From Trichodelitschia bisporula (taxonomy: Eukaryota): DNA of 64,000 bases. This document shows, in pieces, positions 1 through 13,313 of the stretch (positions within the stretch are counted from its first letter, which is position 1; each line of letters opens with the position of its first letter). The notes beneath the pieces are model-generated. The model was given only the letters and a program-made list of their open reading frames with translations. It ran no database searches and had not been told where the DNA came from. The stretch covers positions 563,789 through 627,788 of the forward strand of contig ML996706.1 in assembly GCA_010356995.1 (NCBI GenBank), written 5' to 3'. The position numbers and the translations under genes were made by a program.

Positions 1-214
1 CTCAAACATATCATTGACACATTATCCTCCGTCTTCTTCAGCTCAGCGGCCCTGGCCTGTTGATGTGTAGAGTACTAGACGCAGAGATGGTGTACGGAAG
101 GTACGAAGAGAACAGAGTCTTGAATTCAGTATTTGTGATCTGGATGAAGAGAAGAGAACGCAAGGCTAAGCTAAGGTACGATATATAAAGTCTGCTCTTC
201 TTTCTGTGTAACCT

Positions 215-304
215 ACCTTCGCCCCTCCTCGTGGAGACCTCCGCCCCTCTTCGTGGAAACCTTCGCCCCTCTTCGTGGAAACCTTCGCCCCTCTTCGTGG
301 AGAC
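215..304. repeat. 22-bp tandem repeat, 4 copies
   Basis: Unit ACCT(T/C)CGCCCCTC(T/C)TCGTGGA(A/G) read four times in succession. Confidence 0.9.
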
Positions 305-465
305 TGCGGTCGCGATATGCAGGCCTCCCGCCTCCGAAATCCCGACTGGCGGCACTATATCGTCGTTAGCCGATTGGAAGATTCCGCGTACCTGGATTGG
401 ACCATGTGCTCTCCCGCAGCTGCAACCCTGGCCGAAGACGGAGGTGGGGTAGATTGACGGGGTGA

Positions 466-489
466 TAGAGAGAGAGAGATAGAGAGAGA
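466..489. repeat. (GA)n microsatellite, interrupted
   Basis: tagagagagagagatagagagaga. Confidence 0.7.
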
Positions 490-1049
490 AGGAGGGGAAC
501 AGTGACCACCTCTCTTCACTCTCCACATTCCACAAGCACTAGAACACTCCCACAGGTCCTCCACCCTCTACATTCCGCTTGCGGAAGCTTAAGCAGTTTC
601 ATCTTGAGCGTTGTCTCCTCAAAGCGTCCTTAACAAGCATCCGCTACAGACGCGCTTCGCTGGCTTCTCCTGCAGCTATTGGCGGATCCCCAGTCGAGGT
701 GGAGTACAACGCATCATTCGCAGTCACGCCGGCAGAAACTACCCACCACTTGCTTTCTTCATCGTCGCAAAGCTGCTTGCTACTCACCAGTCGCAGTATT
801 CACTTTATTGAATAACCGTACAAACGAAGCTCTTCGGCAGCCAGCACTCGAACGAACCTCGACGCCCTTGCACCAGCCACACACCAGCCACGCAAAAAAG
901 CAAGGTACACCGAGGAGCGCGTCCGCCGAACTAAGCGCTATTGGCGCGCCAGAACCCCCCGAACCCCCCGAACCCCCCAAGCCCTTCCCCAGATCTTGCT
1001 CCACTCCAACACCCATCAACCCTCCCATCCCCCATCGCAAACCATCACC

Positions 1050-2505
1050 ATGGTGTCGGCCACGCGATCCCTGCCCGAAGCGCACAATCCGCTGCTCGAT
1101 CCAGAGCACACTCCGCCGCGTACGTTCCTCTTTCCTGCGCCGCGTCGGCGCGCGTGCGCCGCGCAATCGCGTCTTCCAGCCACCTTGCCAACGTCAAACT
1201 AACGCGCCGTCGCAGTCGAGATCCTCGTTGAGCGCCGTCGCCTCGGCCAGACGGATCTGTCCGTCAAGCATATGCAGCTGGGCCTGGTGAACGCAGCGAA
1301 GCCGGAGAATTTGGGCTTGTTCGACTATGCCCACTTGCGCGTGCCGCTGCCCAAGGATCTCAATGGGTCGGGCATCTTTTCGCTGCAGAAGACCCATACG
1401 TATCCCGAAAGCTACTTTCTGATGGTGCGCGCGCTCTTTTTTTGTCGTTTGGTTTTGTGACTGACGATGCGACAGCGCCGCTCGACGGATGGGTACATCT
1501 CCGCAACCGGCATGTTCAAGGCGGCCTACCCGTGGGCCACGGTCGAAGAGGAGCAGGTCGAGCGCAAGTACCACAAGGAGCTGCCGAGCGCCGGTCCAGA
1601 AGAGATCGCAGGCAACGTGTGGATCTCCCCCGAGCAAGGTCCGTTTCTCCAGCGCAACCAAACCCGCACAAACTAACATCACCAGCCCTGACCCTTGCCG
1701 ATGAGTACCGCATGCGCCCCTGGATCGTAGCCCTCCTCGACTCCTCCCCCATCGAAAAGGGCGCCAAGGACAAATCCGCCACGCAAATCTCTACCCCGCC
1801 CAAGTTCGTCGTCCCGGACAAGGACAAGCTGTTCACCGGCCCGCGCCTCGACGCGAGCACCATGCGCCGCCGTCTGCGGTCTGCGTCGCCCAGCAAGGCG
1901 CCCTCGCTCGCTGCGACCCCCACGCAGGCGGCGCGCAAGATCGCGTCCCCGCGCAAGCGTGGCCGGCCTAAGAAGGCGCCTGTCTCGGATACGGACGAGA
2001 ATGCGTCGAGTCAGCTTAACGGCGGTGATGAGGTGGGTGTGGTTGTCCGGCCGGAGAGCAGCAAGCCGAATCCGGCGGAGGACGATGTCGTGCGTGTCCA
2101 GGTCGATGAGACGGTTCAAGCGACGGGTGATGTGGAGACGACGACGACGAGCGTGCGCGTTGAGATGCCTGCTTCGCATCCTGACCTTCCGCTCCCTGAG
2201 ACGACGGAGGAGATGATTGCGCGTGCGCGCGAGATGGTCGAGGAGGCGGCGCGGTTGGAGGGTGAGGGTAGTTCGAGTGGGAAGAAGCGTAAGGCGGAGG
2301 AGGAGCTAGTGGAGGTGGATGGGGAGGCGCTGGTGAGGCCGGAGAAGAGGGCGCGGGGTGGCTTGGTCGAGCAGTTGAGGACGGAGAGGGTCAAGACGCG
2401 CGCGTTGATTGGGTTGACGGCTACGTTGGGGCTTGGGTGAGTTTTTCCGTTGATGTGGGAGGGCGATGCTAATGAAACAGTGTCATCATTCCGTACTTCA
2501 TATAG
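1050..2505 (+). CDS. bqt4: APSES/KilA-N domain, tail-anchored nuclear envelope protein (Bqt4-like), about 405 aa, 5 exons
   Basis: Exons 1050-1119, 1216-1424, 1476-1638, 1686-2436 and 2481-2505 are joined by GT-AG introns and sum to 406 codons. APSES-type segment [25 protein letters not shown]...[18 protein letters not shown]-terminal hydrophobic tail [20 protein letters not shown]. Confidence 0.85.
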
Positions 2506-4999
2506 GGATCGCATGCTGGCATCTGGCTGACGTGTGGTAGTTGACCTGGCGGGTTGATTATCCGTTCGGCTGTGGTGTGCGCGTGTGGTGCTGATGCGGA
2601 GTAGCGGAGGTAAATGGCACGGAATGCCTTGTGTGATACCAGGTTTCCCTTTTCTCTTTGTTGTCCGTTGGGTATCTGCTTTTCCTGACATGTCGTTTTT
2701 GGTTGGTCGCTCTTGGAGATTCAGGGTCCTACTCTCGCGGTGGACGTGGGTCATTGGGTGTTCTAAATTTTTATTGCGAGGCTATCGCTGGCTTCTAGCT
2801 ACTGGTGGAGGGGTTGAACTGAACTGAAAAAGTGGCGTTTGGAGGCCTGGAGTTGGCGGGGATGGGGTTGGGCGGGGAGGGAGGGAGGGCGAGGCGGAGG
2901 AGACGGGGAGGAGATGGAGAGGGGTGTACCACTGTAATTTTGGATGTTTCCGGGGATGAAGGGAGAGTTGTAGGGGAGTAGGTAGAATGACGATGTGTCT
3001 TGATTTTTGCGTGCGATGGAGTGATATGGATACGGCGGGGAGTCAAGAGGAAGGTCTCCACATCCACAGTAGCATGTCAAGTGAAGAAATGCGTGTACAT
3101 AGGAAGGTTCGCGCGAAGCGGCCGCGGAGATAGACTTTGAGCTTTCCATCCTTCGTCCGATATAGCATGCCCGTCTCGACATCTCACCTCTCATCACCCT
3201 CAACAAAGTCATCCCTGCTGCGAGATGGAAGATAATGTCACCCGCCGGCAAACCATACACCAATCCACCACCTCACGTCACGTCTCCAGCACTCTCTTCT
3301 CGGCATGTATACTTAATGGTACCATGATTCCCCTCACCATCCTCGCCATCCACTCCTCAACTACCTCGCCGTCAAGCACAAACCGGGATGTAGTTCTCAC
3401 GATCGTCACCCTTCCTCTTCCACCATCTCGCCGCCCCCCAGCCACTCATATCCCAGCGAGCCTTACACACCAGCCCTAGTCAGGCCAAGCCCCCGCGGCT
3501 AGTCGTTGTGGAATCGGCGGCCGGGGCTCGCTGCTGCGTCTGGCAGTGGTCGGCGCGAGGCTGGTGGGCTGCGATGGTGTGTATATAGGAAAGTAGTTCT
3601 CAATGCAGATGTCGTTGCCAGCCGGCAGGGCGAGCGGCAAGTGTACGGCTCATCGACGACACGGGCGAGGTGGGGAGCGCGAGGGATGGGACGAAGAGAT
3701 GCCTCACGATTCGGATTTCGCGACGACGGGATTCGGAGTCCGCCTGGAAGTATTCGGGGGAGCGGAGCGGGGACTAGCACCGCACTGCTGATTTCGGAGG
3801 CCCGATGCCCATGAAGCTGTGCGCGGTGGTGTTTGAGCATCAAGTCGTAAAAGAGGCGCTGCTTGGGCGTGAGGGACGAGCGTGAGGGTCTCCGCAAGCT
3901 CGGGAGCTATATGACCAATTGCCTGCCGGACCGGGGGATGGGTCTTTCCTTGGATGATGGGAATGGTTAAGCTTTCCTTGGTGTCCAGGAGGAGGAGCAG
4001 GGAGAGTTGTGGGCGTTTGATGTGTCGAGGTGGGTTCGTCGTGCCATGCTGTTGGGTAAACTAACTGAGGTACTGTAGATGGCCGAAACGCCGCCAAAAT
4101 GACCTCCAGTCTCCATCCCGCAGCCAGACGCATCCCTTCTTGTCCTCGCGTTCCACCGTCTGAGTCTTGCGGGTAGAGCGATGAACCGATTCACCTCGTC
4201 TGCCTTGGCCTTCTTCGGCTTGGTGTTTGGGGCAGGCTCAAGGACAGAAGTGGCTACCACAGTGCATGTCTTATCCGCGGAAGACTCCTTACGAGATGGA
4301 GCAGGGTGCGTTGCTTTGGGAGTCGTTGCATCGGAAGAACCGCCATCTGCAAAAGCAGTGGATGCCTCGTGAGCAACGGCGGCCGTGGGATGTACGGTCA
4401 ATCCCACAGACGTTGAGGGCTGCTCGTCGAAAAAGTCCTGTTGTGCGGGGGCGAGCTCACCGCACGATCAAGGTCAAGTGCTAGGCAAGCCGTGCTTCGT
4501 TGTCGCTCTTTCTGAGCCTTTCGGACAGTGATTACTGCTCGGGGGCGCGAATGGAAAAGGATCCGTCGAGAGTGTCGTGTCCATGGACTGGGACTGAATG
4601 CCATTTCCCGGTTAGACCAGCCCCTAGAAAAACTCCGTCCCGTCTTCGGTCGTCCAGATCCATACATACTCGTCGTCGTGGTATGTAAACCGCGAGCCTT
4701 CGAACAGGTTGCATGGCCCAGGGATCCAGATGTCACTGAAGAAGTCGAGGCCGATGCGCAGACCCTCTGCCGTCGAGGCCTCGAGTCAGGGGAGGCGTGA
4801 GGTGGTGCGTTGAGGGGAGGTGGTGCAATGTGAGATGGAATGCGAAGGGTTGATGAGCACGGGGATGGCGTTGGTGAGGTTGGAGGTGAGGGTTGGAGAG
4901 AGGCTGGACTTGCGGTGTGGACGGTGGGAGTGGTTGGTTTTGGGGGCTGTGTATGCGGAGTCCGCGCTATTGAGCGAGAAGGACAACCCGGTCCGTTCC

Positions 5000-6524
5000 C
5001 AAGAGTTGAGGTCCGCGGATTTGTGGGCGAGCGGTCGGGCGAGACAGTCGGTGATCATCTCGTCGGGTGCGGAGAGGCATAAGAAGATAATGGTGGATGC
5101 AGGAGATGTGAAAGCAATGTCATCCTCGATGAGTTCGAACATCACACCGTCCCCAAAGTCCTTGCCAGTAGGCCAGATCCACCGCCAGTGTAAGGCTACT
5201 AGAAGGAGATCGCCTTTGTTGTGCATTAAGAACCTCTTGATCGTCAAACAGGCGCCGAGATGCGTGAAGTCGTTGAGTTCCCGAAGTGTCATGCGTATGA
5301 CCTCCGGCTTCAAACCACTTCATAGAAGTGCTTTACAGCAATGGTCGGATTGACCCGAAGATGGCGCGGCCTCTTCGAAAGCTCTTCCGTGGGGTCTCGG
5401 CTGGCCACGAACAGTGGAGCCGGAGCTGAGTTTCGTGCGGTTGATCATGAGACACCGAGGTGGTCGTCCTCCTGACATACCTCCGAAAACTGACACTCGA
5501 AGCTAAAAGGGAAGTTAGACCGATGACAAGAGGTAGTTCCAGCACAAATTCTCACCATCCGTGTAGCTGCGTCTCCATCGGGCCGGCGAGGCAGAGGGGT
5601 GGAGATTGATGTGAGAGGGTGGCTTGAGGTCTGTGGAATTGCCCATCGTTTTCAACACAGCCAACCATTCTTCTCCTCTGCTGCCTGCTCCTTGCTCTGT
5701 TGCTCCCCTTCCCACTCGACACCTGCTAAGGTGCGATGGCTGCATGCAGGTACGGCCTGATAGCACCGAATACAACTGGAAGATGATGCCCTTTCCGAGC
5801 ACCGTTCGAGCTATCAGGAGTACGTCGCCTTCCTAGTATACCAGGAGTTTTAGCGCCTGTACCAGCTGCAAGTGTGGCTCATGGCCGCCGAAAGGATGGA
5901 GCACCTTCAACGCATCCAGTTGTTCTTCTCCGAGTCTGCTGATAGGCGATAGCTGAATACACGTGCGACCTGTTAGCAGCGCGTAGAGCTGGAAGATGAT
6001 GCTCTTTCCGAACGCGAGAGCACGTCGCCTTCCTGGTATGCCAAGCGTTTCGGCGCCTGTACCTGCTGCGGGTGCGGCTCATGGCCACCGGAAGGATGGA
6101 GCACCTTCAACGCATCCAGTTGCTCTTCTCCGGGGCTATTGAGGGGTGAGAGCTACATACACGTGCAACCCAGCTAGCCAGCGACGGGATAGCTGGAAGA
6201 CGATACTCTTCCCGAACGCCGTTCGGGATATCAGGAGCATGTCGCCCTCCTGGTATACCGAGAATTTTAGCGCATGTACTTGCTGCGGGTGTGGCTCATG
6301 GCCGCCGGAGAAATCGATCGCCTTTAACACATCCAGTTGCTCTGCTCCAAATTTTTGAGGGGCGGTAGCTGCAGACACGTACGGCCTGTTAGCAGCGGGT
6401 AAAGCTGGAAGATAATACTCTTCCCGAACGCCGTTCGGGATATCAGGAGCACGTCGCCCTCCTGGTATAACAGGCGTTTCAGCGTCTGTGCCTGCCGCAC
6501 GTGCGCCCACACCCATCTAGCCAT
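5000..6524 (-). pseudogene. RecQ/DEAD-like helicase remnant with its N-terminal Q-motif/Walker A module tandemly repeated four times
   Basis: Four ~180-200 bp units (about 6480-5730) translate as EPHPQQV.ALK.L.YQEGDVLLI(S/A)RT(A/V)(F/L)GK(S/G)IIFQLY...CLQ..PL...EEQ, matching the Q motif, motif I and motif Ia. Frameshifts and stops are present. The downstream boundary is approximate. Confidence 0.7.
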
Positions 6525-7119
6525 CGTAACCTCGGATCAACCTCCGCGGTGCCGGCGGACGAAACATCGGTAGAATCGAAAAACCTTGGACCAGAGCCAG
6601 ATAATCCGAGCCGAGTGCCACCCATACTCTCAGCGAAACGGGGTTTCGAATTGGACGCCCTTTCCCACATTCGGTGCGCGATGGGTATATGACGGGCGTG
6701 GGACATCGCCGGGCTCGATGGTGTTGCGGAAGAGAGCAACCGGGCAGGTGTTTGTACGGGTACGGTACCAGAGCGATGGAACTCAAGGGCGCCAGCAGAC
6801 AAAGCCCGGCTAGCATACTGGACGGAAGCCCTTGGTAGGGGGTGAGTCGAGGCCATGCGCGGCATCAGGAAGAAGTGCAGACCGCAGGCCGGGGTGTCCG
6901 TGGTCAATGAGTCTTTCTTGTGTCACAGCAGAGCAGATGGTTCGCAACTTCGGGTCTTCCTCGCAGGCACATCGCGGAGCGTGTGGCGGGCCAAGGGAGG
7001 CATTGCCGTGCCCCAGCTGGTGCGCTGAAGGCTTCGAGGAAATGATGAAACGTTTCCCAGAAGCGTCACACTACGTTCCAACAGTCGACTAGGCGTACCA
7101 TTACAATTGCTGGGTTGTT

Positions 7120-7275
7120 GATGGCGAAGAAGAGGCCCTTCCTGAAGGGATTATACACAACACTGACCACGGGCTGCTTGACGGCGGACAAGGAGGGCAA
7201 AATTGCTGTGCTCCGGAAGGCGTGAATGAAGTTCAGAGTCTCATCAATGGAGTCGACAACGAAAGTGAGTGGAAC
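7120..7275 (-). pseudogene. Inositol monophosphatase gene fragment
   Basis: LTFVVDSIDETLNFIHAF...KQPVVSVVYNPF resembles the IMPase signature T(F/W)IVDPIDGTxNFVHG...PVVGVVYNP with catalytic residues altered. No flanking parts of the gene were recognised. Confidence 0.65.
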
Positions 7276-9712
7276 GCGCACTCCCGAGGCTCCCGGCTCC
7301 GCGTGCGGAGGGTGCGAGTCGGATTCGCCTCGTCGGGCTTAAGCCAAGGGACAGAGTGGAAAAGGATGCTCAGTTTTTGGAATTTATAGAGCCAACCACG
7401 CCCGTCGGCGGAGGCCTGGACATCGAGCTCCTAAAGGAAGGGATGGAGTTTTTGGGCTGTCTGATTTTGGCGACGGGTAAGGGGAGTTGGTGTGAAAGTG
7501 AAGGGCCGGGTCGTATATTCTTCGGCCGGGACGGGTTCTCCAGGCCTGTATGGAGACCGGCCGGTTGCTGACTGAACTCACCGGGCGAAGGCGACCCATC
7601 CTTCGGGGTATGTAGGCGGCACGTAAGACTTGGACTTCTTCGAGGGCTCGTCAGCCCAATTTGAAGCGTCTTTCTTTCGCCGCTTGGAGGCGGCCTCAAT
7701 GCCGGCATGGGTGCTGGCGCTGGCAAGCTCCCTAGCCGTATCCAGCGACGCAGCAATCCCCTTCGTCGGAACGATGGAGCGACCGCTGGAAGACCTCGGT
7801 GCTGGCGAAACACCGACGGTGGCTCGCGGCGCTTTGACGAGAATGACTGCGGTTGAGCATGTCGGCGGTGGTTGGCTTGTAATTGCGGATGGAGATGGGT
7901 GCCTCGTGAACCTCTATACGTGGGCTGAGAGAGCAGCCTGCGACGAGGGCGCACCGCTCACATGCCGCACGAACGTCGTGAGTTGAGTTTTTGTGATTCT
8001 TCATGTGGATGGCGTAGGCAGAGTTAATGTGTTCAAGCGCCACGACGCTTGAACATGTGCACGATGGCTGACTCGAAGCTATGGGTGAGATAGACGCCTT
8101 GCGGACCAGATACGAATTCCACCAGAGTAGCGTGCGGCGACTGCGGACCGATCAAATGTCGCACGAATATCGTGAGTTGAGTTCTTGTGGTTCTTCACGT
8201 CACTGGAATGTACGCCGAAGCATCTCATTTTTGATCTTCGCGAAGAGGGCCGGGGCCGTCGGAATATCAAAGAAACGCTCCATCCAGATCTTCGCTTTCA
8301 GCTCCGACGAAAGTTGCTTCACCAGCCACACCCGGAGCTCATGGTGCAAGTTCTTCATATCGATGACGTAGGCAGCGTTCATGTGTTCAAGCGCCACGTC
8401 GGGTGCCTTCTTCGTGCCGTAGCGGAAATGAGAATGAGTGCGAAGGTGGGAGGAATAGATGGAAGTGACAAGAAGATACCGGTGAGATTGACAAGACCGG
8501 AGGCGAGAATCGCAGCTTGAAGCTCCGGTGTGCAAACGCCATCGCTTGTTAGCTATACCCAAAGCGCAGCTGAAGAACGAGAAACAGCTCTTGTATATAA
8601 TCGGCACAGACCACAGTGTAGAAGAGAACGCGGAAGGCAACGGAAGTATGCGTTGATGGTTGAAGGTGGTAATGTCATCGCGCTTGGGGAAGATTCGGAG
8701 AATGTCCGAGGACTCTTATGTGGCCCGGATGGCTGCACTCCAAATCAGAGACTGAAGCTGGGGTAAGCGCCAGGCGCCATGTCATCGCTGGACTGAGCCT
8801 ACCCGAGAAGAGTGTTGGCATTGTTGTAGCTGCGCATGGAAACAAGGTGAGGTACTGGCGGGACCGTTCGTGTCGGGTTCTTGCGCCGCAGTCGAAGTAT
8901 ATCTACACTCTGTCAGGGTGGCGCAGATGCGGTGAAGGCGGAAGAGCTTGCCTTGTTTTTCGGATTAGTCTTTAGCTTCGCGAAGATGTTTTGCGACTCG
9001 GTCTTCGTTGCGACAGACGTGTTGAGCAACCATAAGAGAGAATGTTAGGAGTAAGGAGCGTCTGCGTGGAGAAGAGAGATGCAGCGTCAAATATTGGGAA
9101 TTGACCAAAGCGGCGCGAACACGTCCTCAAAGCGATCGACGCTGCGTCGAGTAACTTTCAGACGGGCAGTTAAAATGATGGCGGTGCTGGGCTTCTGTGC
9201 GTGCATTGAAGGAAAAAGGATGCCAAGTTGAACGAGCTGAAGAGCCGTGACAACGAGAGAAGCAGTCCAGCGCCGGCCGTTGTCGAAGAACGAAGAAATG
9301 ATGTGGTCTGCCTTGGCGATTGAAATCTCGCGCCGGCACCGCCTCCACCGGTAAATCCGAAGAGCGTGCCCACCCAGCAAGCTTGATGTTAAACCATCGC
9401 TGCTGGCACCGGACGCATGCTTGCGAACCTGAGCGCCCTCCAGAACTCTGTCCCGCAGCCACGTCCAGAAGGAGATCCCGCAGACCAGCTGACCTCAGGG
9501 AGTGTCCAAGCGGGCCAGAACGGGAGTAGGCAAGACGGGTGCTGAGGGTAGGATGGATGTGCGATAGCGTGAAAGGAGTGTTTCACAGGCGCAGTTTCGG
9601 AAAGGGTTTGGTGCACCGAGAGAAACAGGAACACGGATGCTTGGGGTGAGTTTGGAGCGCCCGCGAGCGGACACCGCATGTCGAGAGGTACCAGACCGCT
9701 CCATGCCCTGTG

Positions 9713-10135
9713 TCAGGGGATGTTGAGTCCGGTGAGCCGATATGGTGGGCGCGATGAGCGCGGGCCGAGGGCATCGGAAAGGCAGAACGGATGGTGAAGC
9801 ATGGCGGTTGGAAGCTTCATCGAAGTATAAAAGATGACGTCGTCCTTGATGTCAGTGGTGGTAGATTTGTGATTAAGGTGAAATACCCTCAGCACGACCG
9901 ATGACCAGTATATACGTCAAAAGAACTCCTCACGGAACCGTATAGGGCCTGCCTTGTCAAGCATCACATGGCGTTGGAGCATGGCGATGTCAGAGCTCCG
10001 GTTGCGCTCCTCGTGCTCCGGATACATCGGCAGGGCATCCTTCACGAAGGCACTACTATTAGCAAGCAGCCGTGTAATCAGTCGATAACGCACCTTGTCC
10101 TTGAGAATCTTCGCCACTGTCAGAAAGATTGGCAT
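9713..10135 (-). pseudogene. Interrupted reading frame of unknown family
   Basis: ORFs 10135-9917 and 9895-9713 are in the same frame, separated by one TGA, and have protein-like composition. Confidence 0.3.
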
Positions 10136-10518
10136 ATATAGCTATACAGTTGATGGATGAAGAGTGACCGTCAACACAAAGACGGCGTGCGTATATACCT
10201 AGTGGACGAAGAGAGATCATCAACCCGCGGGGTGGCGAGCGTATATATCGCCCCCCATTCAACACCTAGGGACAAAGCAAGAAACAAGCACACGGGATAG
10301 ACGTGACTCACGGCGGGCAAATGCCGAACGCTGGGGAGCAGGTTTGAACAACGCCGCTTGCCGTGGCGGGACAAACACCAAAGCGGATGCGAGCAAGCGG
10401 TTTGCCGAAATATCTTTCAATCGACCGCGGGCAAGTGCGGCCATATCGTCTATCATCTACTGTGATATCACGAGAGCCTACATACCGTCAGCCTTCGCTT
10501 TTACGGGGTATACACGCA

Positions 10519-13313
10519 TCATCCCGTCCCCGCCCCCTTGTCCACCGTCTCCTTGTCCCCCGTCTTTCCCTTCTTTCTCCTTGGCTTCCCCTCCTCCGGC
10601 ACCGGCAGCTTCTTCCTCCCCGGCTTCTGCTTCGGCCCAAACACAACCGGCGCCTTCCACGTCCTCTTCCTCTTCTCCCCCTTCTCCCCGGGCAACCGCA
10701 ACTTCTTCCGCCTGCCCGGTCTCATCTTCGGCCCAAACACTACCTCCCCGCAAATCTTCGTCAAACCCCCGTTATGCCAAGTTTCCGCGCGCGGGTACGT
10801 CCGCGGCCGCCGTATACGCCTCGACGCCTCCCCCCCCGCCGCGCGGATCTGATCCGCCTTCATCTTGACCACGAAACGCGGCACTACGCCGCTGAACGTC
10901 TCTAAAGCAAAGTCCCATATCTCGTGCCAGCCCACCGCGCTTAGCTCCAGCGGCCCGGGGAGGACCCCGAACCTGGGGGCGGTGGCCTCGCCCGGCCCCG
11001 CGCCCGGCGTCGGCAGCGTGACCCACCGCCGCACCGCACCGGGCACTTCCTCCTTCCTGTGCGAGACAACGATCAGCGCCTGCTCGTCCGTCAAGCCGCG
11101 GATCGTGACCAGCCCCGCGCGGACATGGTCCGAGATCCGCGCCGGCGGCTCGCGCGCCTGCATGTTCATCGTGGAGCGGCGGAAGTGGCGATGCACCGCC
11201 TCCTCCCCCTTACTCAGGAACAAAATACACTTGTCGCGCGCCGCGTCGTCCATGCCGCTGAACGCCTCGTCCAGGACCACGACATCGGGCTGCGCGATAA
11301 TGGCGCGCAGAAACAGCGCCACACGCTGCGCACTAAAGTCCAGCTCTCCAAAGCGCACATCGTCCGCAAAGGCCATCGAGCTCTCATCCAGCGCCTGCGC
11401 GCGCAGCTTAGCGCTCAACTCCTTCCGGATCGTGAACCAGCGCTTGCCGTGGCGGTCGGGCGGGGGCGCGACTTGCTCGGTGCTGAACGGGTCGTAGCAC
11501 TTGGCGCCGTCGAAGTTGGGGTCTAGCTCTGGGGCGAACCAGCGCAGGGCGGCGGAGACGCGCACGTCGATTGCGTTGGTGAGTTTGGGGCGGGCGAGGG
11601 GCGCGTCGGCCCAGGCGGATTCGAGGACGCGTCGCACGGAGAGGTGTTTGGGGAAGAAGGCGTGAACTTCGGGGGAGGAGTGGCCGATGCGGCGCTGGAG
11701 GGCGAAGAGCGGGATGCCGGGTTTGCCGGGGGAGGGGAGGCGGGATTGGCCGAAGTGCTTGATGGGGAGGGAGTAGGATTGGGGGTGGTCGGAGGTGAGG
11801 AGGCTGATGAGTGTGGTTTTGCCCGAGCCTGGGCGATGTTAGATCCTGTAGCTAGACGTATGGGGAACGTACCGTTGGCCCCAAAGACGCCCCAGCGCTC
11901 GCCGCGGCGAATCGTCCACCACAGGCCCTGACGCTGCTCCCCTTCAACCTCCTGCGTCCAGTCGCCCAGCACCGTCTTATCCCCATACGCAACCTTAACC
12001 CCCTCCATCTCAATCAGCGGCTCGCCCACTACCTCCGGCCCAAACAATTTGCCATACCCATCGCGACTCTGAAGCCATGACTTGGGGGACTTCTCCAGCG
12101 CGCCCCTCTGCCGCAGCTTGAACTCGCGGCAGAAGTATATGTAGTTCTTGTCGATATAAGAGTTCAGCACCTGGTACAGCTTCGACACATGCCCCTTGAG
12201 ATGCTGCGCCACCTCGTACAGCTCCGCGTCTTGCGCGCTGATCGCCGTGTGCGGGTCGTGGAATCCCCTACCGTGCACCGCCTCCCCCCGCTTGCTCAGC
12301 GACTCAAGCACCTTGTCCATGGGACCCTGCTCCAGGATATCGAAGCCACGGCTCACGTAGATCAGATGCGTGACCCACGCAGGTATATGCTCGTCCGGCC
12401 TAAGGGAAAACAACACGCGCGGCGCCCGCTCCACAGCCACCGAGTGAAGAAGATTAGAAACAAACTTCACGCTCGCAGGATCAAGCCCCATAAACGCGCC
12501 ATCCACAAGCACCAACTCGGGCCTCATCGCCAGCGCCCTCGCAATCTTCGCCCGCCTCATCTGTCCATTACTCAGCGCCTCTACCGGGCGCTCCTCCAAC
12601 CCGCCCAGCCCCACCCCTTGCAAAATATACCTCACCTCCTCTTCACTCGGCCAGAACCCCACCTCCCCATCTACCAGCGCATTCAGCCCCATCCGCCCGC
12701 CCACGTACTCCGCGACGCTGGCCCCGCGATCCCCGCCCCAGGCCTCGTACCGCGAGGCTAAATACCCACCCCCTGCCTTCACGCGCTCGGCGTCGAAGCC
12801 AATGTACGCGATTGCGGATTCGGGGGTACGCCAGTGGGGCCGCGCAGCGGCGAAGGCGGGGTCGCTGAGGAGCGGGTATCGCCGCGCGGTCGGCGGGACG
12901 CACGAATAGGATCCACGGAGCATTTGTAGGAAGGAGGTGCGGGAGAGGGCGGCGGCGGACATTACGGCCCAGTGTTGTTCGGCGGGGGCGGGCGGGGAGG
13001 TGGGGGACGTGTCGTCGGTGGGAGTTGGGTCGGGGGCGCCTCCGATTTTCATTGTGAGGCCGCTGAACATGGGGGGATTCCCCGCTCTGGCCGTCTCCTC
13101 GGATAGCACCGCTGTGAGCGGATGTCGGTAGAAGGTCGCATCCTTGATGTCAATTAGCGGGAGATCCGAAAAGCCTTCATCACGGCGTCGCGAAGCGGCA
13201 TGAATTCGCGCGGTCGCGGTGTATGTGAGTCCAAGGGGTAGTATGAGTCCGGGATGTATTCGCCGTCCAGCATGAGTATAGGCGCGTATTCGCACGGGGC
13301 GTGCGAGCAACAT
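10519..13313 (-). CDS. Soluble tandem-NBD ABC ATPase, YDR061W/ModF-like, probably mitochondrial, about 916 aa
   Basis: Intron 11872-11829 (GTACGT...CTAAC...CAG) reconstitutes Walker A GANGSGKTT. Also LSNGQMRRAKIARAL, LVLVDGAFMGLD and VVVLDEAFSGMD. Arg-rich N-terminus and no TM domains; exons sum to 917 codons. Confidence 0.85.

Noticed and set aside
58..215. LTR-like start (TGTTG) with TATATAAA
   Set aside because: No matching ...CA end or TSD found.
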